From Verrucomicrobiota bacterium (GTDB lineage Bacteria; Verrucomicrobiota; Verrucomicrobiia; Opitutales; Opitutaceae), in the NCBI GenBank assembly GCA_025352985.1, contig JANXRL010000157.1, forward strand, positions 1 to 58,724: 58,724 bases of DNA, in the 5' to 3' direction. The notes under the pieces are model-generated. The model saw only the letters and a list, made by a program, of their open reading frames with translations, did no database searches and was not told the origin of the DNA. Positions 19,094 to 27,612 of this stretch are shown here, in pieces; within the stretch, counting starts at the first letter, position 1; every line of letters begins with the position of its first letter. Made by a program: the position numbers and the translations under genes.

Positions 19094-20685
19094 AAGACAC
19101 CTCCGCCACTTCCGCCTGGGACGTCATGATCGTCGGCGGCGCCCTATCGGGAGCTTCCACCGCCTGCCTGCTGCTGCGCCGCGACCCGAGCCTGCGCATC
19201 CTCATCCTCGAACGCAGCGCGCATTTCAAACGCCGCGTCGGCGAATCCACCGTCGAGATCAGCTCCTATTTTCTCGGCCGAGTGCTCGGCCTCACCGACC
19301 ACCTCCAAGAACACCACTTCGCCAAGCAAGGCCTCCGCTTTTGGTTCAAAAACGAAAACACCACCTCGCTCGACCAGTGCAGCGAAACCGGCCCCGGCTA
19401 CAACGTCCGCCTTCCCGGTTACCAAGTTGACCGCGCCGTGCTCGACGAGGAAGTCCTCGCCCGCGCCGTCGCCGCCGGCGCCACCCTCCTGCGTCCCGTC
19501 AACGTGCGCACCGTCGAACTCGCGGAGGGCGGACTGCAAACCGTGACGTGGGAAAACGCCTCCGGCCAAACCGGCACCGAGCGCGGGCGCTGGCTGGTGG
19601 ACGCCTCGGGTGTGGCCGCGCTCCTCGCCCGCAAGCACGGCTGGTTCACACCCAACGCCGAGCACCCGACCGCCTCCATCTGGAGCCGCTGGAGCGGCGT
19701 GAAAAGCTGGGACTCCCGCGACCTCGCCGACAAGTTTCCTGGGTGGGCCAGCCGCACCAAGGCCGTGCGCCTCACCGCCACCAACCACCTCGTCGGCCGC
19801 GGCTGGTGGGCGTGGTTCATCCCGTTGCGCGGCGGCGATGTGAGCATCGGCGTGGTCTTCGACCAGCGGCTCGTGGACCTGCCGCCCGGCGAAAAACTCG
19901 GCGCACGCCTTCGCGCCATGCTCATGGATCACCCCGCCGCGCGCGAGCTGCTCGCCGGCGCCACCTGGCACGAGGGAGACGTCCATTTCCGCCGCAATCT
20001 CGCCTACAGCTCCACCACGTTCGCGGGTAACGGCTTCGTGCTCGTCGGCGATGCGGCGGGCTTCATCGACCCGTTCTACTCGCCCGGCCTCGATTGGATC
20101 AGCTACACCGCGAGCGCGGCCGCCGCGTTGATCGACGGCTGCTTCCACGGCCGCCCCAAGGCCCCGCGCATCGCCCGGCACAACGCGCTTTTCTCCGCCA
20201 GTTACGACCGCTGGTTCCGTGGCATCTACAAAGACAAATATTTCTACATGGGCGACTACGAGCTCATGACCCTGGCCTTCCGACTCGACCTCGGCCTCTA
20301 CTATTTCGGCATCGTCTCGCAGCCCTTCAAGCACGGTCCTACCGCCCTAGAAACGCCTTCGTTTGCCGGCCCGCACACCCGCTTGCCCGCCCGTCTCATC
20401 GCCTTTTACAACCGCCGCCTCGCCGCCATCGGCCTGTCGCGCTGGCAACGCGGCACCTGGGGCCGTCGCAACACCGGTCATTACTTCGGCTTCCGCAGCT
20501 ACGAACTCACCGGCGAACTCCCCTGGCGCCTCCTCAAGGCCTTCGCAGCCTACGGCTCGCTCGAGCTGCGCGAAGGCTGGCGCACCTGGTTCGTTTCCCC
20601 TGTGCTAGACGCAAAAATCGCCGCGACCCAAAGCCACCCGCTCCAGCCCAGTCCCCCCTCCGTCACGGCTCCGGCCGTGCCCTGA
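19090..20685 (+). CDS. Flavin-dependent halogenase-like oxidoreductase 2
   Basis: ATG overlaps the previous stop; GGALSG, VGESTVE, AKQGLRFWF, WAWFIP, GDAAGFIDPFYSPG. Confidence 0.85.
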   Translation: MKDTSATSAWDVMIVGGALSGASTACLLLRRDPSLRILILERSAHFKRRVGESTVEISSYFLGRVLGLTDHLQEHHFAKQGLRFWFKNENTTSLDQCSETGPGYNVRLPGYQVDRAVLDEEVLARAVAAGATLLRPVNVRTVELAEGGLQTVTWENASGQTGTERGRWLVDASGVAALLARKHGWFTPNAEHPTASIWSRWSGVKSWDSRDLADKFPGWASRTKAVRLTATNHLVGRGWWAWFIPLRGGDVSIGVVFDQRLVDLPPGEKLGARLRAMLMDHPAARELLAGATWHEGDVHFRRNLAYSSTTFAGNGFVLVGDAAGFIDPFYSPGLDWISYTASAAAALIDGCFHGRPKAPRIARHNALFSASYDRWFRGIYKDKYFYMGDYELMTLAFRLDLGLYYFGIVSQPFKHGPTALETPSFAGPHTRLPARLIAFYNRRLAAIGLSRWQRGTWGRRNTGHYFGFRSYELTGELPWRLLKAFAAYGSLELREGWRTWFVSPVLDAKIAATQSHPLQPSPPSVTAPAVP

Positions 20686-20764
20686 GCCAATCTCCTACTC
20701 GCTCGTTGCATGCCACTGCTCAGGCAGATTTTAATCCCGCTTCACTCGCCCTGAGTTTCCAACT

Positions 20765-21139
20765 ATGCCCGACCTTCCCCCTCAACCAACGCCCGCGCCC
20801 GCCCGCAGTCCGCTGGCCAAGTTCCCACCGGCGATCCGCACCGCGCACGAACGTTTTCTCGCCACCAAAAACCCCGCCGACCTCGACACCGTCGTGCTCG
20901 CCATCGTGCTCGACCACCAGCCCGCCCACACCAGGACCTCCGGCGAAATCACCGCCCCGGACTCCGCCCGGCTCATCGCCGACCTCGGCTTCGATTCGCT
21001 CGCCCTCGCGGAAATCGTATTCTTCCTCGAAGACCTTTATCAGCTCACCATCACCAACGAAGAACTCCTGCGCATCACCACCGTCGGCGAGCTCCACGCC
21101 TTCGTCCGCTCCAAGTTCGCCGCACCCGCCGCCGCCTGA
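20765..21139 (+). CDS. Acyl carrier protein with N-terminal extension
   Basis: DLGFDSL phosphopantetheine site; ITTVGEL. Confidence 0.88.
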   Translation: MPDLPPQPTPAPARSPLAKFPPAIRTAHERFLATKNPADLDTVVLAIVLDHQPAHTRTSGEITAPDSARLIADLGFDSLALAEIVFFLEDLYQLTITNEELLRITTVGELHAFVRSKFAAPAAA

Positions 21140-21159
21140 TCCCGCCCGCCTCACCCGTC

Positions 21160-22434
21160 GTGCCACGCGAAGTCTTCATCACCGGCCTCGGCTTTATCAC
21201 GAGTATTGGCAACGACTCCGCCACCGTGACCGCCAGCCTGAATGATGGCCGCCACGGCATGACCGCGTGGGACTACTGCGGCAACCCCGCCGTCCACGTC
21301 AAAGTCGCCGCGCCCGTCCGCGATTTCACGGTCGATTCCCCGTCCTGGCGCGACTGGACGTGGCCGGCCCGCTACGACATCCCGCGCGAAACCCTGCGCG
21401 GCCTCGCGCCCCACGGCGTCTATGCGTTCTGTGCGATGGAACAGGCTCTCGCCGACGCCGGCCTCGCGCGCGCCGATCTCACGGACGGCGGCACCGGGCT
21501 TTTTTGCGCCTCCGCCGGATCGGCGTTCATGCTGCATCACCACCTCGCCCACGCTCGCGCGAGCAACTTCGAGCGCGGCAACCCCATGGGCGTCGTCTCC
21601 TCCATCGCCGGCACGCTCAACTTCAACCTCGCTGCGCACTATGGCATCACCGGGGCCGTCACCGGCTTCGTCTCCGCCTGCGCCTCGTCGAGCCACGCGC
21701 TCGGCTACGCGATCGACGAGATCCGGCTCGGTCGCCAGCAGCGCATGATCGTCGTCGGCGCCGAGGAGCTCAACGCCGACACGCTCCTGCCCTTCGCGCC
21801 GATGCGCGCCCTCTCGACCAACCCCGATCCCGCCACCGCCTCGCGCCCGTTCGACACCGCGCGCGACGGCTTTGTCGGCACCGGTGGCGCGACTGTGATC
21901 ATCCTCGAAGACGCCTCGCTCGCCCGCACTCGCGGCGCGCGCGCCTACGCCGAACTCATCGGCTGGGGCCAGGCTTCCGACGGCCACCGCGTCGCCACCT
22001 CCCACCCCGAAGGCGCCGGTCTCCGCGAAGCCATGCGCCGCGCCCTCCGCGACGCCGCCGTCACCCCGGCGCAGATCGATCACGTCAACGCCCACGCCAC
22101 CTCCACCCCCATCGGCGACCGTGCCGAGGCCCTCGCGTTGCGCACCGTTTTCACCGAGGCGGGCGCGCATCCCGCCATCAGCGGCACGAAAGGCCTGACC
22201 GGCCACGGCCTCTCGATGGCCGGCGCCATGGAAGCCGGCTTTTGCGCCCTCGCCCTCCACGAAGGTTTCACCCCCGGCAACCCGCATCTGCTCAACGCCG
22301 ACCCTGCCTGCGAAGGGTTGAACCTCCCCCGCGAAAGCGGTTCCATCCGTCCCCGCCTCGTGCTCAACAACAGCAGCGGCTTCGGCGGTAGCAACGTCTG
22401 CCACGTCCTCCGCCGCGCGCCCTCTTCTCCCTGA
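21160..22434 (+). CDS. Beta-ketoacyl-ACP synthase (FabB/F-like KS)
   Basis: SACASS, ASRPFD, HATST, KGLTGH, SGFGG; GTG start. Confidence 0.93.
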   Translation: MPREVFITGLGFITSIGNDSATVTASLNDGRHGMTAWDYCGNPAVHVKVAAPVRDFTVDSPSWRDWTWPARYDIPRETLRGLAPHGVYAFCAMEQALADAGLARADLTDGGTGLFCASAGSAFMLHHHLAHARASNFERGNPMGVVSSIAGTLNFNLAAHYGITGAVTGFVSACASSSHALGYAIDEIRLGRQQRMIVVGAEELNADTLLPFAPMRALSTNPDPATASRPFDTARDGFVGTGGATVIILEDASLARTRGARAYAELIGWGQASDGHRVATSHPEGAGLREAMRRALRDAAVTPAQIDHVNAHATSTPIGDRAEALALRTVFTEAGAHPAISGTKGLTGHGLSMAGAMEAGFCALALHEGFTPGNPHLLNADPACEGLNLPRESGSIRPRLVLNNSSGFGGSNVCHVLRRAPSSP

Positions 22435-22460
22435 GAACTACGCATCGTCCCTTTCCCACC

Positions 22461-22739
22461 ATGCCCGATCCGCTCCTCTTCAAACTCAAAGTCCTCATCG
22501 TCGAAACTCTCCGCCTCGAAGACGTCACCCCGGCGGAAATCCCCGACGACGAACCCCTCATCGGCGGAGGCCTCAGCCTCGACTCGATCGACGCGCTCGA
22601 ACTCGTCGTCCGCCTCGAAAAGGAATTCGCCATCAAGATCACCAGCAGCGAAGAATCCCGCACCGCCCTCGCCAGCGTCAACACCCTCGCCGCTTTCATC
22701 CGCGAACGCGCCGATCCCGCCCGTCTGCCGTCCGCCTAA
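22461..22739 (+). CDS. Acyl carrier protein (aryl-polyene type)
   Basis: GLSLDSIDALEL motif. Confidence 0.92.
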   Translation: MPDPLLFKLKVLIVETLRLEDVTPAEIPDDEPLIGGGLSLDSIDALELVVRLEKEFAIKITSSEESRTALASVNTLAAFIRERADPARLPSA

Positions 22740-22762
22740 GTATCGTCGCCGCCGGCCTCCCC

Positions 22763-23872
22763 ATGAGCGCTTCCCTCCCGCCCATCCGCATCGCCGCCTG
22801 CGGCGGTCTCACCGCCTTTGGCGACGAGACCGTCACACTCAACGCGCTGCTTGATGGACGCCGCGCGTTAGCGCCCATGCCCGTGCTGGGCCGCGAGGGT
22901 GGCGATCCCGTCGCGCTCGCCCTCTGCGCGGGCCGCAGCTACGACGAGACCTCACCGCCCGACTGGCTCCCGTGGGTCCGCCGGCTCGCCGCCCGCATCC
23001 CCGGCGAGGGCTGGGGCTCGCCGCGCCGCCCGGTCTTTGTCACGAGCAGCAATTTCGGCGTCGGCAGCCTCTACGCGTTTCGCCGCACCGGCGATGCCTC
23101 GCACCTCAACTACGGCACGCCCGCCACCTGCGTTGACGCGCTCGCCACCCAACTCGGCTGGGGGCCGGACATCACGGCCTTTTCCCACGCCTGCGTCTCC
23201 GCCCACCTCGGCCTCCTCCAGGCCTCGCGCGTGCTCGCCGCCGGGTTCGCCGACGAAGCCCTCGTCTTCACCTTCGATTTCCTGAGTCCCTTCGTCGCCG
23301 GCGGTTTTCACGCGTTGAAAATCCTCAACGCCGAAACCCCCGCCCCCTACCAAGACCGCCCCACCGGCTCCATCGGCCTCGGTGACGGCGCCGCCTTCGC
23401 CGTGCTGACGCGCGCCCGCGGAGACTTCGTTCTCTCCGCCCAAAGCCTGCACAACGAGATGCACCACTTCACCGCCAACCGCGCCGACGGCGCCGGCTTT
23501 GAAGCGTGCCTCGCCCCGCTCCTCCCCGCGACCCGCGGCCGCCGCCTGTGGCTCAAAGGCCACGGCACCGGCACGCTCGAAACCGGCCGCCTCGAAGCCA
23601 CCGCGCTCGCCCGCCATTTCCCCGGCGCTCCGCTGGTGTCCTGGAAAGGCGGCATCGGCCACAGCCTCGGCAGCAGCGGGCTCGTGGAACTCGCCATCGC
23701 CATCGCCGCCATCCGCGCCGGCCGCGCCCCCGGCACCGTCGGCGGCGCCGCGCCCGGCTTCACGCCCGAAGTCGCGTTCGCCCCTTTCGACCTCGCCGCG
23801 TTCGACGGCTTGCTCTGCACCAGCAACGCCTTCGGAGGAGCCCACGCCGCCCTCCTTCTCAGCCATGCTTGA
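22763..23872 (+). CDS. Second, divergent ketosynthase
   Basis: HACVSA, GHGTGT, KGGIGHSLG and AFGG; Cys-His-His triad retained. Confidence 0.88.
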   Translation: MSASLPPIRIAACGGLTAFGDETVTLNALLDGRRALAPMPVLGREGGDPVALALCAGRSYDETSPPDWLPWVRRLAARIPGEGWGSPRRPVFVTSSNFGVGSLYAFRRTGDASHLNYGTPATCVDALATQLGWGPDITAFSHACVSAHLGLLQASRVLAAGFADEALVFTFDFLSPFVAGGFHALKILNAETPAPYQDRPTGSIGLGDGAAFAVLTRARGDFVLSAQSLHNEMHHFTANRADGAGFEACLAPLLPATRGRRLWLKGHGTGTLETGRLEATALARHFPGAPLVSWKGGIGHSLGSSGLVELAIAIAAIRAGRAPGTVGGAAPGFTPEVAFAPFDLAAFDGLLCTSNAFGGAHAALLLSHA

Positions 23873-24518
23873 ACGCTGGATCACCGCCCTGCACACCGAG
23901 GAAGCCTCCCTCGAAGAACCGGCCGCCACCCGCGAACGCCTCAAGGATCGTTTCCCGCGCGGCGCGACCCGGCGCATGACCCAGCTCGGCATGCTCGTCG
24001 GCGTCGCCCTAGAACCGCTCGCGCCCGGCGAAACCGACACGATTGTTTACGCCACGGGCTTCTCCGAAACGCGCGCCGTCGAAGGCTACCTCGACAGTTT
24101 TCCCTCCGCGAGTCCCACGCTGTTCCAGACCTCGATCCACCCGAGCGCCGTCCAGCAGGCGCTCATCCTCCGCCAGCAGGCCGTGCATCAATTTTTCCCG
24201 CTCACGGGCAACGCCTGCCTTCCCGCGCAGGCCCTCCGCGTCGCGTGGCTCGCCGAAACCCCGCGCACCCTCCTCTGCGGCGGCGAAGAACGCGGCACCT
24301 GGCTCCTCGAAAACCGCAGCGCCAGCGACCGCTCCTTCGCCTTCGCGCTCGCCCTCTCCGCCTCGCCCGTCGGCGCCATCGGCCGCCTCGCGCTCACACC
24401 CTCGTTCAACGAACGCGCCGAGTTCGCGTTGCCCGCCTTCTTCGACGTGCTCCACGCGCGCCGGGCTTTCGACGCGCCCATCTCTCCTTCGCTGCGGCTC
24501 ACGCTCGACTGGTCATGA
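23865..24518 (+). CDS. Ketosynthase chain-length factor (ApeC-like)
   Basis: RRMTQL and SPTLFQTSIH motifs; short protein lacking the catalytic triad; overlaps the KS2 stop. Confidence 0.8.
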   Translation: MLERWITALHTEEASLEEPAATRERLKDRFPRGATRRMTQLGMLVGVALEPLAPGETDTIVYATGFSETRAVEGYLDSFPSASPTLFQTSIHPSAVQQALILRQQAVHQFFPLTGNACLPAQALRVAWLAETPRTLLCGGEERGTWLLENRSASDRSFAFALALSASPVGAIGRLALTPSFNERAEFALPAFFDVLHARRAFDAPISPSLRLTLDWS

Positions 24519-25426
24519 CCGCTCCGCACCGCACTCCCCGCGCTGCTCCGCGCAACCCCGGTCCGAGCTGGGGCTACCGGTTCATGCGGCTCTGCGACCG
24601 CGTCGTGCCCGAGCCACTGTTCCGCCCCGCCCGCGCCCTCGGCACCTGGATCGCGCTCCTCAACATGCCCGCGCAGCGCCGCCACTCGCGCGACTACCTC
24701 CGCCTTGTCCTCCGCCGCGAGCCCACCCGCCGCGAAATCTTCCGCCACTTCTTCGCGTTCGAGGAAGTGCTCATGCTCAAACTTCGCGTCGCCCACGGCC
24801 GTCCGCATCGCGGACGCCTCGCCGACGGCTCCGCCGATTTCCACCGTTTCCTCGCCTCCGAAAAACCCGCGCTCCTCGGCACGTTTCACTTAGGCCACTC
24901 CGACCTCGTCGGCTTCATCCTAGGCGGGCAGGAACGACGCCGCGTCTCCATGGTCCGCCAGCGCGTGGGCAACTCCCACGACACCGAGCAACTCGGCCGG
25001 CTTTTCTCCAACTGGATATCCTTCATCTGGGTCAACGAAGGCGAAAACCTCCTCTTCACCCTCAAACAGGCCGTCGCCGCCGGCGATTCCATCGCCCTCA
25101 AATGCGACCGCCTCGAATTCAGCGCCAAGACCGAGACCTTCCATTTCCTCGGCGCGCGCCGCCTCTTCCCTTTCACGATTTATCACCTCGCGCTCATCTT
25201 CGAGCTTCCGGTGCTTTTCACTTTCGGCGTGCCCGGCGGTCCCGGCGAATCCGTGGTCCACGCCGCGCCTTTCTGGACACCCGACGCCACCCTCGGCCGC
25301 GAGCAAAACCTCGCGCTCGCCCGCGCCCATTTCCAAGCCTTCGTCACCCAAGTCGAAGTGCTCCTCCGCGCCGAGCCGTATTGGTGGTTCAACTTTCTCC
25401 CGCTCAACCCCGAGGCCGCCGCATGA
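24515..25426 (+). CDS. LpxL-family (lipid A lauroyltransferase-like) acyltransferase
   Basis: FHLGHSD (HxxxxD), CDR, C-terminal PYWWFNF. Confidence 0.82.
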   Translation: MTAPHRTPRAAPRNPGPSWGYRFMRLCDRVVPEPLFRPARALGTWIALLNMPAQRRHSRDYLRLVLRREPTRREIFRHFFAFEEVLMLKLRVAHGRPHRGRLADGSADFHRFLASEKPALLGTFHLGHSDLVGFILGGQERRRVSMVRQRVGNSHDTEQLGRLFSNWISFIWVNEGENLLFTLKQAVAAGDSIALKCDRLEFSAKTETFHFLGARRLFPFTIYHLALIFELPVLFTFGVPGGPGESVVHAAPFWTPDATLGREQNLALARAHFQAFVTQVEVLLRAEPYWWFNFLPLNPEAAA

Positions 25427-26175
25427 ACCCGCTCCGCTCCCTCTGGCTGCGCTTCGCCTATTATTTTTCGTGGGCGCTCTTCGGCCTCGGCGGACTCGCC
25501 CTCAACCTCGCCTGCGTCCCCTTGCTGCTCGCGTCCGACCGCGAGCGCTTCGGACCGCAGGCGCGCCGGGGCACGCGCCGGATGTTCGACCTATGGCTCC
25601 GCTGGATGCACGCCTCGGGCATCGTGCGCGTCACCTGGCGGGGCTTCGACCGCCCGTTGCCCGCCGGAGTCGTTTATGCGGCCAACCATCCGACTTTGGT
25701 GGACGCCCCCTTCCTCCTCGCGCGCCTGCCCGACGCGGTGTGCATTTTTAAGCCCGCCCTCCTCCGCCACCCGCTGATCGCGCCCGCCGCGCTCATGTCG
25801 GGTTACGTCTCCGGCGACCAGGGCGTGGATCTCATCCGCAACGCCGCCGAACGCGTCGCCGCCGGCCAGTCCCTCCTCATCTTCCCCGAAGGCACGCGCA
25901 CCATCCCCGGCGCCACCCTCAACCCGCTCAAGCCCGGCTTCGCCCTCATCGCCCAACGCGCCCAGGCCGCCGTGCAAATCATCGAGGTCCGCTCCGGCCC
26001 GCTCATGGCGCGCAAAGGCCACGCCTGGTGGCGCCTCCCGCCCGTCCCCGGCTGGTTCGAGTTCACCCTCGGCGAATTCATCCCCGCCGACCAGCTTGGC
26101 ACGCCCGCCGCGCTCACCGCACGCCTCACCGCCCATTTCCACGCCACCCTCCCCCCGGGTCCGCCTGAACCATGA
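25423..26175 (+). CDS. PlsC-like lysophospholipid acyltransferase (ApeD-like)
   Basis: NHPTLVD and FPEGTRT motifs. Confidence 0.9.
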   Translation: MNPLRSLWLRFAYYFSWALFGLGGLALNLACVPLLLASDRERFGPQARRGTRRMFDLWLRWMHASGIVRVTWRGFDRPLPAGVVYAANHPTLVDAPFLLARLPDAVCIFKPALLRHPLIAPAALMSGYVSGDQGVDLIRNAAERVAAGQSLLIFPEGTRTIPGATLNPLKPGFALIAQRAQAAVQIIEVRSGPLMARKGHAWWRLPPVPGWFEFTLGEFIPADQLGTPAALTARLTAHFHATLPPGPPEP

Positions 26176-26942
26176 CGCCCTCCGCCACCCACCTCGTGCT
26201 CATCCCGAGCTACAATCCCGGCGCGCGCCTCCTGCCCACCGTCGAGGAAGCCCTGCGCCACTGGCAACCCGTGTGGGTCGTCATCGACGGCAGCACCGAC
26301 GGCAGCGACCGCGCCCTCGATGCCCTCGCCGCCCGCGAACCTCATCTCCGCGTCCTCCACCGCCCGCGCAACGGCGGCAAAGGTGCGGCCGTCTTCACCG
26401 GCGTCGAAGCCGCCCTCGCCGCAGGCTTCACCCACGTCCTCGTGATGGACTCCGACGGCCAACACCCCGTCACCCACGTCGCCCCCTTCATGGCCGCCTC
26501 GCAAAACTCGCCCGCCGCCCTCGTCCTCGGCCTGCCCGTCTTCGGCCCCGAAGTTCCGCTTGAACGCCTCCACGGACGCAAACTCAGCGTCGACCTCGTC
26601 CACTTCGAAACCTTCAGCGACACGCTCATCGGCGACCCACTTTTCGGCTTCCGCGTTTACCCCGCCGCCGCGCTCCGCCGCGCGCTCGCGCAAACCCGCG
26701 CCGCCCGCGGCTTCGACTTCGACCCCGAGATCGCCGTGCGCATGGTCTGGGCCGGCGTGCCCACCCTCAACATCCCCGCGCCCTGCCGTTATCTCTCCAA
26801 GGCCGACGGCGGCGTCTCCCATTTCCACTACCTCCGCGACAACGTCAAAATGGTCTGGCTGCACACCCGCCTCATCACGCAACTGCTGCTTTGGCGCTGG
26901 GTCGCTGTCCGTCGTTTAAACCAACGCCCCCGCCATGATTAA
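26172..26942 (+). CDS. GT2 glycosyltransferase
   Basis: IPSYN, DGSTD, NGGKGAA, DSDGQH, GFRVYP and GGVSHF motifs. Confidence 0.92.
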   Translation: MTPSATHLVLIPSYNPGARLLPTVEEALRHWQPVWVVIDGSTDGSDRALDALAAREPHLRVLHRPRNGGKGAAVFTGVEAALAAGFTHVLVMDSDGQHPVTHVAPFMAASQNSPAALVLGLPVFGPEVPLERLHGRKLSVDLVHFETFSDTLIGDPLFGFRVYPAAALRRALAQTRAARGFDFDPEIAVRMVWAGVPTLNIPAPCRYLSKADGGVSHFHYLRDNVKMVWLHTRLITQLLLWRWVAVRRLNQRPRHD

Positions 26943-27600
26943 CCGCCTTCTGCTCCTTGCTTTCACTCTCACGCTCGCCGCGCTTACTCTGCGCGCCGAA
27001 CTGCCTGCCACGATCATCGCACCCGACCACCAACTCGTGCCCGGCCAAAACGACGCCGTCTGGCAGCCGCTCCTCACCGCCCTCAAGGCCAAGAGCCCGA
27101 TCTTCGCCACCTTTGAGGAACGCCGCTACTTCGCCTTCAAAAAAAACCCCGTCCTCCTCACCGGCGAGATCCGCCTCGACCCCCAGCGCGGCCTCAGCCT
27201 CCACTACCAAGTCCCCGAAGAACGCATTCTCGTCGTCGATGATCGCGGCGGCTTCATGCGCGACGGCAAAGGCAAGCGCCTCCACGATCTTCCCGACGAC
27301 CCGCGCGCCCAGGCCGCCACCCGCGCCCTTCTCAGTGTGATGCGCTTCGAACTCGCCACGCTCGCCCAGAATTTCTCCATCTACGCCGCCCGCGACGGGG
27401 CGGACTGGCGCTTCGCCTTCGTCCCGCTTCCCGGCCCGCTCGCCGACGTCCTCCAACCCATCACCGTCACCGGCCAAGACGAACTTGTGAACACCCTCGA
27501 AATGAAAAAAACCGACACCGAGCGCGTCTTCATCCGGATCGGCAAGACGCAAACGAACGCGACATTCAACTCCACCGAGCTCACCCGCTTCTTCCGCTAA
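26935..27600 (+). CDS. LolA-like periplasmic lipid carrier (ApeL-like)
   Basis: Signal peptide, ATFEERR...LTGEI..LSLHYQVP; directly upstream of the MMPL gene. Confidence 0.75.
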   Translation: MINRLLLLAFTLTLAALTLRAELPATIIAPDHQLVPGQNDAVWQPLLTALKAKSPIFATFEERRYFAFKKNPVLLTGEIRLDPQRGLSLHYQVPEERILVVDDRGGFMRDGKGKRLHDLPDDPRAQAATRALLSVMRFELATLAQNFSIYAARDGADWRFAFVPLPGPLADVLQPITVTGQDELVNTLEMKKTDTERVFIRIGKTQTNATFNSTELTRFFR

Positions 27601-27612
27601 GCCTCCGCCCGC

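Noticed and set aside
18265-26175. 806-aa, 339-aa, 393-aa and 710-aa ORFs as large fusion proteins
   Set aside because: Their N-terminal parts are Arg/Pro/Ser-rich off-frame readings of the upstream genes. Real starts are at 19090, 23865, 24515 and 25423, overlapping the upstream stops.
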